Part shown: positions 1-10,780 of the stretch, one piece after another
Layout of the letters: each line of letters begins with the position of its first letter
How positions within the stretch are numbered: the stretch's first letter is position 1
DNA from: Callorhinchus milii
Lineage: Eukaryota
Assembly (NCBI RefSeq): GCF_018977255.1
Contig: NW_024704743.1
Coordinates: 7,132,001-7,196,000 of the forward strand
Reading direction: 5' to 3'
Length of the DNA stretch: 64,000 nt
Position numbers and translations under genes: made by a program
Notes under the pieces: generated by a model
Told to the model about the DNA's origin: nothing
Databases searched by the model: none
Seen by the model: only the letters and a program-made list of their open reading frames with translations

Positions 1-384
1 CTGGATAAATAGTCCCAAACAACTCAATAGAGCATCGAACTGATCCCCAGACAGATAGTGGAGCCAGAGTGTCTACACCTAAATATGGAGATACGGTAGT
101 TTCCAACCTGAGTTATCACTTGGCACAAGGTAAATCAATTGCATTGATCTAAACTGATTCCCATTTTGAAACTAGGAGTGCATACTGAATCGGTTCAGTT
201 GTGTCCAGGCACATATAACAGGGCAGATATTCATGGCAGCATATTTCAACTAATTAAGTGCAAAACACTTCATGCGTTATGTGTGAAATAACTGACCGCA
301 ATTTCTGGCTGTTTTGCACTTACACTGGTGTTTCTGTGTGTGCGTGTTAAAGGTTTACGCTATGCTGAGTGACTATTGACCCTT

Positions 385-745
385 GTAGAAACATAGAAAC
401 ACGAGTAGACCATTCAGCATCTCGAGCCTGTTCCACAATTTTATACGATCATGGCTGATCTATGGCTCAAGTCCAGTTACCCACTTTTGCCCTGTGCCCC
501 TTAATACCCTGATTTAACAAATATCTATCTCTGTCTTAAAATGTGAATGGATCGAGCATCCACAGCCTTTTCGGGGAGAGAGTTCCAGATTTCCACTACC
601 CTTTGGGTGAAAAACTGCCTCCTAATTTCACACCTAGCTCTAATTTTAAGATTATGCCCCCTTCTTCTGGATTCCCCCACCAGAGGAAATAGTTTCTCTG
701 TATCTACCCTATCGAATCCCTTTATTATTTTGAAAACCTCAAATC
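385..745 (-). mobile_element. CR1 LINE 3' end fragment
   Basis: Reverse-strand CR1 hallmarks: tagaaacatagaaac tail, gaccattcagcatctcgagcctgttccac, gagagttccagatttccactaccctttgggtgaaaaa. Confidence 0.8.
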
Positions 746-1044
746 ACCAGTTCATTGAAGTGGTGCTTATTCATTAAAAAGAAAATTTATATTAAAAAAA
801 AACTAAAATTGTCAAATGATTGATAGGTGTGGAACCCCACTCCCCCACAATATCCATCACAATGGTTGGTTCTGAAGTCACCTGCAGAGTCCATTAGACT
901 TGTTGCCAAGTGGATTGTAACATTGGAGTTAGTGAGATACTTAACTCACAAAAACACAGCTACCAAAGTGTGAGAAGATATCCCATTGAGCGAGCCAGGC
1001 TGACACACATCTCTTAGGTCCAAGAGCTTGATGTAAATAATAGG

Positions 1045-1410
1045 TGAGAAGGGGGCCCAGTCTCAAAGATTATTAGAGGAAAATTGAAGGGAGATGTCGG
1101 AAGGAATTCCTTTGCTCAGAGGGCTGCTCAGGTTTGGAATGCATGGTCATATTGTTGACTGAGGTTGGATCAATGGGCTAATTCAAAAGGGAATTGGATA
1201 AACACCTAGGCAGTACGAAGACATCAGGGGATGTGGGGAAAGAGCTGGAAAATGGGAACTTAAAACAGAGTGACTCAGTGATGTGCTCTCCATGTGAAAA
1301 AACGCCATGTCACTGTAAATTGTATTGTACTGTTGACTGTAATACAGTCTGTGGCACAGACTCGATGGGCTGAATTGCCTCCTGTGCCGAAAATGTCGAT
1401 ATGGTTCCAT
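1045..1410 (+). mobile_element. Degraded CR1 LINE 3' end
   Basis: ttcctttgctcagaggg..tggaatgc, ttcaaaagggaattggataaa, ggcacagactcgatgggctgaattgcctcctgtgc terminal motif. Confidence 0.7.
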
Positions 1411-1828
1411 GTAAAACAGAAAGGCATTCCCTTCCCCAGCACTAACATTCCTCACTTTAACAAGCACATCAGAAATGAAAAAAAATATAAATCCAATTGC
1501 AAAAATGTACATTGAGCGGATTTACCCTGATTAACCTCTTGAGCTCAGGGCTGCAGGGAGTTGAGGCCTGAGGTGACTGTGATGGAGCCAGTGTTTATTT
1601 TGACATTGCACACTGAGTTTTCTTACCTTGCCTGGGAGATGTTTGTTTCACTGCAGAATCTGGGGCTCTGCTTTAAAATTCCTCGCAACATGCAAAGCAA
1701 GATCATGATAGAAATTCCTGCTTTAAAATTCCAGCACAAGCAGCGCATTAATTGCTAAGAGTTTCCTTTTTGCAGCAAATCAATTTCAGCTGCAGAATAA
1801 CCCGCCTGATGTCCGCGGCTACCATTGT

Positions 1829-1846
1829 ATGTTGGGAATTGTAGTT
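1829..1846 (-). promoter_or_regulatory. ZNF143/Staf (SBS)-like motif AACTACAATTCCCAACAT
   Basis: Reverse complement of atgttgggaattgtagtt matches the ACTACAAYTCCC core; motif match only. Confidence 0.3.
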
Positions 1847-2039
1847 TATTTCCAGTCAAGAAACATTTCAGATTAATAGCTCCAAATCTATTTTGCTACA
1901 GCTGAGGTGCAGCTACCTCGCTCTTGGCCTACAGTAGTCTTGTTGAGCTTAAGGTGAAGGTCTACAGATAACCTATTTCCTCTTGTTATGTTTGTCTGCT
2001 ATCCCCTCCTGAGTACTGCTGTGCAGGCCACTGGTTTCT

Positions 2040-2445
2040 ACAATGCAACAAAATCAACTTGCATTTATATAGTGCCCTTCAAGTGATATAACATCACAGA
2101 AGACTTCACAGTGGCCTGGTTGGACAGCGAGCAAGGGAAAGCGGTAAGAGAGAAATTGACACAGACACAATTGATGAGGTAGGTTTTAAGGTGGGATTTC
2201 AAGACAGACAGAGAGGGCGTGAAGTGGAGGGATAGTGGAAGAGACTTCCAAATGGAGGAGTGCAGTAACTCCTGTTCCACCATTGGTCAATTACCAATGG
2301 TGGAACAGGAGAGGCGAGGGACACACATAAGTTTGAGTTAGCTGAGCACAGGGAGCAACCAGAGGAGTGTGGTATGAGCAGATCAGAGAGATAAGGTGCA
2401 TGAAGGGATTTATATGTGAGGGCACAGGTCTTGAACTCAAATTTA
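2040..2445 (-). mobile_element. Old L2 LINE 3' fragment
   Basis: aacttgcatttatatagtgccc tail; ORF 2065-2283 contains WKSLPLSL..LKSHLKTYL (L2 ORF2 C-terminus). Confidence 0.7.
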
Positions 2446-3829
2446 AGATGAAATGTCGGGAGGACATCTCAAAGTACTTTACAATCTATTTCACCATATC
2501 TATACAATGCATTTCACCTTACTTATACAATCGATCCCCATCTTATTTATACAATTTATTCAATCTTAACTATATAATCTATACACTTTAACCCATCTTT
2601 ACTATAACATTTTAAATTCCAGTCTGTATCCTCCGCTCTTCCCACTTTGGATTATTGCTTGCTCCTCATTGGCTCCACTCCATCACCGGTGGCTTGAGCT
2701 TCATTCACCATGTTCTTGTCCTCTGGAACTCTCTTTCAAAATCACTCCTCCTTGCTAACTCTCTGTCTCCCTTCAAAACCCTCCTAAGTGGGATGCAATG
2801 GGCTCTCTCGTGATCTTGCATTGCATGTTGCGAGCAGCATTGGATTGAACTTTGTGCAGCCAAGAGTGAGAGCTGTGAGGTTTGCATGTGGCAGGGAAGT
2901 CCTGCCCTCCCCCATGGTATCCGTGTGAAAAGAAAGTAGATGTTTATGAAAGACATAGATTCTGTGCCTTCGGGGGACCACAAAGAAGCTGAGTTTATTT
3001 TTTCAAAGCTGGTCATACTTTTTGAAAAATATAGTCAAAGCAGCCTTTATAAACATTCACACATATAGGTAAACCACATGAAGCACAGTTCATTTAAGGA
3101 CTGTCGACTTCCTTTCCCAGTGCTACCTTCGATGTAATTTTTCCCACTAGTAAAATTTGCACAGGCAGGATATTTAGATTCCACCCACGGACATCTTTTT
3201 GCAATCTGGCTTTGATTTTCATTAAGCTGGTAGGCCGTGCCAGATCAAGTGTAGGCTTCCCGCAATGCATTTAGTATATTGCTGGCATGGCTTTTAAGTG
3301 TAATGTATGTGATGCAATTATGGATGCAACGTGGGTCCCCAACCACGGCTTAAATAGGGTGGGATGGTGAGTGGAGTAAGTGAATAAAGCAGAATTGAAT
3401 TCACACCACGTGATTTGGGTGGAGTAAATTAAGCCATCTAACCCATGTGGTGAGGAGTAAACGCTATGAATTTGGATGAAGCCCAATCCTTGATTGTGGT
3501 GTGGGCTTGCTGAACTGGCCAGAAAGAAACAAGGCCAGGATTGGCTCTGTGACCCGTTTTCTTGCGAGTCTACACTCAGGATAACTGCAGGGTTCGGGAA
3601 TCTGAACTGTGCACCTAAGCCTGTATCACACGGTGACCCAGAGTGAGATAGAGTGAGGTTTAGCAAGTGCATGCTCGTTGGGAAAACTGGAACGTAAATG
3701 GCGTAAATGGATACTAGACTGGAGAGAAGGACCTCCTTATCACATTTAGAGCTGCATTGCTCTCGCTCCTGCACCAGCAAAATGTGCCTCAGCATGTAAT
3801 GTGCATCTCCAGCAAGAAAACCTGTGTAG

Positions 3830-4215
3830 AGAAGGTTGTGGGTTCAAGCTCCACATTGGGACTTAAAACTCACAGTCTAAGCTAACACACCACTACATTG
3901 CTGAGATGGCACTCTGTTGTTGGAGGTGCTGACCTTCAGATAAGATGTTAAACCTAGGTCCTATCTACTGCCCAGGTAGACTTTAAAGATCCTGTGGGAC
4001 TATTTAAAAAGAGAAGGGTGTTTTCCTGGTGTCCTGACCAAGAATTCCCAAGATAAAATTGATCATTCAAATCAAGGCTGTTTCGTGGGGTGTAGGCAAA
4101 TTAGCTGCCATTTGCCTGCAAAATATAGTCACTCCACTTTACAGTCTATCCTGTGAACTCTTTGTGACATCCTCCCTACATGAAAGGTGGGCGCTATATC
4201 AGATGCAAGTATGAT
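3830..4215 (+). mobile_element. DeuSINE/SacSINE1-like tRNA-derived SINE
   Basis: agaaggttgtgggttcaagc head (B box), Deu-like aaagatcctgtgggactattt..ggtgtcctgaccaa, L2-like tail. Confidence 0.8.
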
Positions 4216-4514
4216 TGTGATCAATACCAGTTCTTGCGAATCGAGAGATGAGCACTTTTCAAACCACATTGTTTCACTGATTGTTGTGGGACAATCTCAC
4301 CTAAATGGTTAATTGCTTAAAAAAACATTATGTACTGCTAGGCTAAATGTACTAAGAGCTTCGCTCCTGCTACAGCCAATATAGAAAAGGGTTTGCAGTG
4401 TGTTCTCTGTTTTGGACATTGGTTACCAAAATAATAAATTTAAATGTTCGGTCCACCACACACTCTGATTGCAATAGGGTCTGTATCCAAACAGCTGTGC
4501 AGGATGGAATTAAC

Positions 4515-4690
4515 TAACATAGATTTACATAAAATGATGTAGCACAGAAACAGAAACTGGCCCGTACCAGCGTTTATACTCCATATGAGTCTCCACCTAT
4601 TCCTTACTCCCTCACAAACACTTTTATTCCCTTCACCCTCATGTATATATCTAGCTTCCTCTTAAATATGTCTATACTCTCTAACTAACA
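4515..4690 (-). mobile_element. CR1 3' tail fragment
   Basis: acatagatttacat..agcacagaaacag..ccagcgtttatactcca..tatctagcttcctcttaaat. Confidence 0.6.
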
Positions 4691-4699
4691 TGCCCTCCA

Positions 4700-4852
4700 T
4701 CCACTCTGCTGTGCGCAATTGACTGCTGCCTTTCGCCCATATATATATAGTCAATTCACTTTACAGTATACTCTGTAAAGCATTTTCAGACATCCAGAAG
4801 ATATGAAAAGTGCTATATCAAATGCAAAGATTATTATTAGTGTTATTATTAT
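4700..4852 (+). mobile_element. SINE 3' half
   Basis: gctgtgcgcaattgactgc..cactttacag..tatcaaatgcaaagattattatt. Confidence 0.8.
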
Positions 4853-5616
4853 AGTGTCTATCTTGTGAGCACTTTGGGGCGTCCTCCCAACATGAAAGGT
4901 GGGCATTGTATCAGAGACAAGTATGCTTATTATCAGTGCCAAATTTTTGCAAATCGAGAGGTGAACATTTTTTAAACCCATTGTTTCATGGATTGTTGTG
5001 GGATAATCATCGCTTCAGTCTTCAGTCACTATGCTCCCACCCTCTGGAACTCTTTCCCTCAACCCTTCTGTCTCATCCCCTCTCTAGTTGCCCATTTGCT
5101 AGCTGTAGAAAATTGGTGGCCCTCTCGTCACTGACTCACCAACCATATCCAAACCAGACTGAGAGTTTCATACATGTGTGCTGAGATGCTCCCCTGCATG
5201 AGGGGGGCGCAATATAAATGCAAGTTGTTGTTGTTGTTTTAAGAGTTAATCATGGATATTTTGCTGCACTGGTGCAATGAGAAAAACTGAGTTAGAATGA
5301 AAAGTTAATAATCATCTTTAGCTTCAGAGGAAAAGATCCGTTGCTTGGTCTTACCTGCTAAGGCTTTTAATTAACTGTGCTTTTGGGGAGGTTGTGGTTG
5401 CAGTTTTGCAAATTATGATTATGATTTACAGATTATAAAACAGCATTTTACAAGGTGCACCTAGGGTGGAGAAAATCAAGCTTGTAAACAATTTAAGATG
5501 TGCTTTGTCCAAGACACGTGTATTCATACAATCGAAAAGGCAGGCAGATAATCAGAAATACATGAAAAATGCAACCTGTGGTGTGAATCCACCCGCTCCA
5601 ACCTAGGGTGTCATTC

Positions 5617-6000
5617 TGGCTCAATTGGCAATGCTCTCGTCTCCGAGTCAGAAGGTTGTGGGTTCATGCCACGACATTTTTTTACCATGCCACATTTCCC
5701 AATTTTACCCGGGAAATTGTTGGCCAGAGAACCCCTTTCTGTTTTTAAATAGTGCCACAGGATCTTTAATGTCCATCTGAACCGGCAGACAGGATCTCAG
5801 TTTAACATCTCATTCCAAAGGACAATGTTTTGTCCTTAAGCTGCCCTTGAAGTTACCAGTGGTGGAGCACAGCATTTGGGAGCTTGTTCCATGATGGCGG
5901 TTGGCTGGTTCGCTTACAAATACAGTCATCATACTTTACAGTAAAATCCTGTCAAGTGCTTTGAGACAATACGATGATCTCAACAATATGAGATGTTTAC
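5617..6000 (+). mobile_element. DeuSINE-like SINE with inverted central segment
   Basis: + strand head tggctcaattggcaatgctctcgtctccgagtcagaagg; Deu core on - strand ~5690-5823; + strand tail ~5900-6000. Confidence 0.6.
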
Positions 6001-6050
6001 AGTAAACTCCTGATCACTCGTCCAAGGGAAAAGGGAAAAGGGCTTAGCCC

Positions 6051-6505
6051 GGAGACCCGCAGCATAATGGTTAGTGTGCTCGCCTCGTAAGCGAGAGGAC
6101 CCAGGCTCGATTCCTGGGTAGGACGAATCCTTAAGCAAGTTTCCTTACTCCGTGTACCAAGTTTACCTAGCAATAAGGAAGAACCGGGTTGTCAGTCGTT
6201 TGGCGGATAGCTTTCTGGGGGTAATAATCCCCCCAAATATACATATATGTAATTTGGTCATTTAATCTACGACTTGTTTGTGGACATGCTGTGTGCAATT
6301 GGCTGCCTTGTTTCGCCCACAAAATACACAGTCAATTCATTTTACAATATATTCTGTGAAGCGTGTAACCGCCAGCACGGTGGAAGATGAACTAGATGGA
6401 CTTTTCTTTGTCTAACATTTCTTATATATATGTTCTTAGGCGCTTTGAGACATCTCAATGACGTGAGCACTATATCAAATGCAAGGTTATCATTTTATCA
6501 TTATC
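6051..6505 (+). mobile_element. Second tRNA-derived SINE family (CORE-like middle), near full length, with nested CR1 tail
   Basis: gcagcataatggttag A box, ggctcgattcc B box, ccttaagcaagtttccttactcc, shared 3' body and tail. Confidence 0.8.
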
Positions 6506-7509
6506 AGCGACTAGTTTTCCAGAGTGGCTAGTTAGGTATAAATCCTCCCAGGCCACAGATGGTGCTATAATTGATGCAGGTTCTTGGCGGAGGTTGGGCA
6601 CACAGGCTCAGATGTAGTGCGGAGGTCTCTGGTCTATTGGAGGGTCCCAAGGTGTCCCACCCTCTTCTGTCACAGAGCAGACATCAATGCGATGCACCTG
6701 AGCATGTGTGCTCTCCCTCTACCAGAGGGCAGGAGGCCTTTGCAATGCAAGGCACTATCCTATAGGCCTAGTTATCTAATCAATTTTACATTGTAAGTAC
6801 TTACAAGAATTTCTACAATGCAACTAATTATGTGTTAAGCAGAGTGACAAGTAAAGCGGTTTCCCTTATTTTGCATTGCATGAAAGAGCTGGGATATTGT
6901 CAGCTACTTAATTGGTAGTGACTAGTTAAGTCAGTGTCTTGTTATCAGGAGTTTACTGGCTATCAAATGCAAAAAATATCATTGTTAGTTTTTATATTAA
7001 CTCAAATTGTTTTGTTCAATTTGCTCAAAAATATGCAATCATTGCACTTTACAGTAAAATTCTGCAAAACGATTTGAGATGTTTCAGCAACATGATGAGG
7101 CGCTATATCAAATGCAACAATTATTATACCCATATAAGGATCATATAAACTGAGTCACTATCCTGGAAAGCAACACTCTGGTCAAAATTCCGCAACTGCT
7201 CAACCTAATACAGGAACGATAAATAAAACACTTTGAGATGTCCTCCCAACATAATGGCACTATATAAATTGAAATGTATTGTATATTATGCCATTCTTGT
7301 CCATAAAGAAACACATATGCTAAATTTCAATATTACTTAAGTGGAAATTCACTTTAACATCTCATCTGTTTAGGTTGACATTTAAAGATCCATGATACAT
7401 TTTGAGTAAAGGTCAGCAAATTTTCCTTATACAAAATCGTCACTACACTTGACAATAATTCTATGAAGTACTTTGAGTTGTTTTAATAAAATGCACAATA
7501 TTTGATTCA

Positions 7510-7632
7510 TTGCCACATTTCGCCCACAAAATATACAGTCAATTCACTTTACAGTATATTCTGTGGAGTGCTTTGAGACGTCTCGAAGATGTGATAAGAT
7601 GCTACATCAAATGCAAGGATTATTATTATTAT
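7510..7632 (+). mobile_element. SINE 3' tail
   Basis: tttcgcccacaaaatatacagtc..caaatgcaaggattattatt. Confidence 0.8.
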
Positions 7633-8254
7633 ATGGAAAACAATTCATTTGCACTGTTACAAACTGTGTTCATGCTGTGTTCTTTGTTGTAACTGTGGAA
7701 AACACCAGTTTAGTTCCTTATTTCAATGAGAGGTTATTTTAGCTAGTCACAGTGCTGTAGAAATGTTTTGGTGGGATCTGGAGAATGTAATAAATAACAT
7801 CTATGGAATGCTATGGAAGTCTCTAAATAATGGTAGGCAAATTCAAGCTAAGCTTTGTGCTGAATTTTATTCTTCAGTGTGACAGTTTAATTGCTCTGTG
7901 AGATGTTAGGTTATTTTTGTATGATGGTGGCTGTGTTCATGAGATGTAAGTTAGCTCATATGAATCAATCGTTCCATATGATGTAAGGTTAGTCACTGCA
8001 AATGTAATCATTTATGCGATCTTAGGTAAATCCGTATAATTTCCTCAGTGACAGTAAAAATGTTTTGGAAAATCTAGCTCTCAAAGTTTTGGAAGATGTT
8101 TGCCATAGCATCTGAACATGTTTAACGATGTGAAAGTGGAGAAACACTTCCAGCTTAGTTGTGTGAGATCCAGAGAGCTCGCAAACACACAGATTAACTC
8201 AAGGTAAGTTTTATTTTCTTTCTTAATGTTCTCTCTCTGCCACACTACTCCTTT

Positions 8255-8605
8255 AGCATTAATTATTTACAAATCTCCACTTGCTCTCACTCCTCCCTAC
8301 CCATGTGATCCACTCAGCAAACTCAGGTCTGGTGCATGTTCCTTGACCCCCTCCCCCATCAGTGGCCATTATGGCACTGCCCTCTGTTACTCCCTCCGTA
8401 AATCCCTCGGCCTCGCTCCCCACTCTCTATCTGTCGTTAAAAGCTTCCTGGAAATCTACCTCTTCAACCATGCCTATAATCCCGCCCCTCCTCCTCCCCC
8501 CTGGTCCCCCCGTTCTCTGGTCAGTGTCCAGCACTGTCTAAGTAAATGACTCTGACACATTACCTCACATGAAAGAGGTTATAGAAATGCAGGTCATTGT
8601 TGGTT
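8255..8605 (+). mobile_element. Old L2 3' fragment
   Basis: IIYKSP..PYPCD..KSFLEIYLFNHAY resembles the L2 C-terminus; tail atagaaatgcagg. Confidence 0.6.
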
Positions 8606-8829
8606 ATCATCCTGGGCAACAAGCAGCCTTCCAATGCCTCTCCCAAGTGTCTATGCCTCATGAGGTAGGCTGAACAGCGAGTGTTTGGGACTCTTAGCCC
8701 ATTCTATGTGAGTTAAAAGTCCTAACGTGGGGCCTGAACCTACAACCTTCTAACTTTGAGGCGGGAGGGCTACCAATTGAGAGAGGCTGACAAGCTGACT
8801 GAATCACATACCCCACATGGTCATCAACC

Positions 8830-9075
8830 CTTTACATTATTCGAAAAGAGAAAGGCGTTTCTCCCAGTGTCCTGGCTAAAAAATTCTCAAATAAAATTGG
8901 TCACTCACTCCACGGCTATTTGTGGGACAATGCTGTGTGCAAACTGGTTGCTGGTTTCGCCCATAAAATGCACAGTCAATCCACTTTAGTATATCCTGTG
9001 AAATGCTTTGAGACGTCTCAACTACGTGATAACGTGCTATATCAAATGCAAGGATTATTTATTATTATTATTTAT
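8830..9075 (+). mobile_element. DeuSINE-like SINE 3' portion
   Basis: tttctcccagtgtcctggc, gtgggacaatgctgtgtgc, (ATT)n tail. Confidence 0.8.
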
Positions 9076-9375
9076 CAACAACAGCATCATCTTGAATTTT
9101 GGAAGACAAGACCTTTTGCGCTTTAGAAATCTATGATTTCTGTGATATGAGTTCCAAACAATATGGTAGCCTCCTTGGTGGCACTGAGCCTCCTTATCCC
9201 CCCAGCAGATTAACTTTAAGATCCTCGTCTTCACCATCAAATGCCTCCTGGGTCATGCACCACCCTATCTCTTCAATCTCCTGTGTCACAAGGATACCCT
9301 CTGCTTCACCAACTCTGGTCTCCCTGTTCATCTGTGGAAAGAAGAAAGGTATCACTTTAATATGTACCACACTGT

Positions 9376-9652
9376 GGAGTCCTGTAGCTCAGTGGTTAGA
9401 GCATTCGCTTTGCAAGTGAGAGACCTGAGTTCAATTCCAGGCAGAGGGCGAAACCTTGGGCAAGTTTCCTTACTCCACACAGAGCCTAATAATAATCCCT
9501 CCAAAAAAAAACAATAATAAATTGGTCGTTTTCAATCTACGACTGTTTGTGGGACATTGCTGTGTGCAATTGACTGCCGCGTTTGCCCACAAATATACAG
9601 TCAATTCACTTTACAGTATGTTCAGTGAAGTGCTTTGGGACGTCCTCCCGAT
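9376..9652 (+). mobile_element. Second tRNA-SINE family copy (internally deleted)
   Basis: tgtagctcagtggttagagc A box, gagttcaattcc B box, accttgggcaagtttccttac. Confidence 0.8.
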
Positions 9653-10024
9653 GTCTTTCTTACACCGTTCAAAAATAACAAAACGTAAAACAGGTTTATT
9701 TTCCACTATTTCAACTGGGTTTGGAAGTCGGAGTCAAGAGGAGGGAAGATGACAGCACAGTGGAAGATATAGTTCAGACAGGTCTTGAACGAGATGAGGA
9801 AGGGAGCGAGTCAGAGGGACTCTGAGATGGACTTCCAGAGAGCAGGGACAAAATCGTTTAAAGTCCAACAATGCTGCTGTCCAGGGCTCACAAGGTTATG
9901 GGGGTCCATCCCATTGGCGTCAGAATGTTGTGGAGTGGAAACATACTTGACTGCCATGGCTGAGAAGCCCACCTCCTGATGGTGGGGTGGATAGGAAGGG
10001 GCACATGAAACAGGCAGCGGAATT

Positions 10025-10225
10025 AAAGGGTACAGTTACACAGGCACCAGACATGCTTTGGTACAGTGCCTAAATGCACTTTGTTTACATGTGAATCTTG
10101 GCAGTGAGTGTTGGCAGGATATTCAGCCCAGCCCAATCATGTCCTCATATGACATCCCCACACGTGTTCCTTTCAGCAGAGTCTCTAGACAGCAAACAGG
10201 AGTAGGAACCTTCAGCTCAACCCCA
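10025..10225 (-). mobile_element. Ancient third SINE family fragment
   Basis: Antisense to motifs seen at 30520-30810, 32930-33050 and 61905-62170 (gtgagtgttggcagg, gtcctca..gacatcc.cacac, caggagtaggaacc). Confidence 0.5.
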
Positions 10226-10234
10226 GAAGCACTG

Positions 10235-10780
10235 AGGCTCCCCCAACATTTATCCCCCAACAGATCAACTTGAAGATCCTTGTTTTTGCCTTCAAGTGCC
10301 TCTATGGCCTTGCATCACCCTATTTGTGCACTCTCCTGTGACCCTATTCCGCCTGACCCAGCCACTCTTCATACAGCCAACTCCAGTCGGCTTCTTGCTC
10401 CCCAGTGGGCTGGCCTTCAGTCACATTCTCCCCCTCACTCCTCTGGAATTCTCTCCTGAATCCCAATTCCTAACCATTTCTTTCAAATCCCACCCTCACG
10501 GGTAGGTTTCAAGTGAAGAAAATCTCTTCTTTTTTAAAAAAAGTAGGATGAAAATTGAGACACTTCTTAACAGATTCAATGCGATAATTAATTAGATGTA
10601 CCTCTTCAAGGTCCATCTCAAGACTTTCTTCTTTTCTTTGTTGTTGTTGCATTTTAGGCTATCTCTGCCACCCCCCAACCCCCACCCCACCCCTCCCAAC
10701 TCGGTTTCCCACTCCCTCTTTGTAAGTGCTTTTGGAGAAGTTCTCCCAAAATGAAAGGTACTATATAAGTTTAAATTGTT
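10235..10780 (+). mobile_element. Old L2 3' fragment interrupted by a locally duplicated segment
   Basis: cagatcaacttgaagatcctt (QI.FKIL-like), ctctggaattctctcc, ttcaaggtccatctcaagact, tail tgaaaggtactatataa. Confidence 0.6.

Noticed and set aside
9376..9450. tRNA-like sequences (also 6051, 36590, 60660)
   Set aside because: They continue into SINE bodies and tails; these are SINE heads, not tRNA genes
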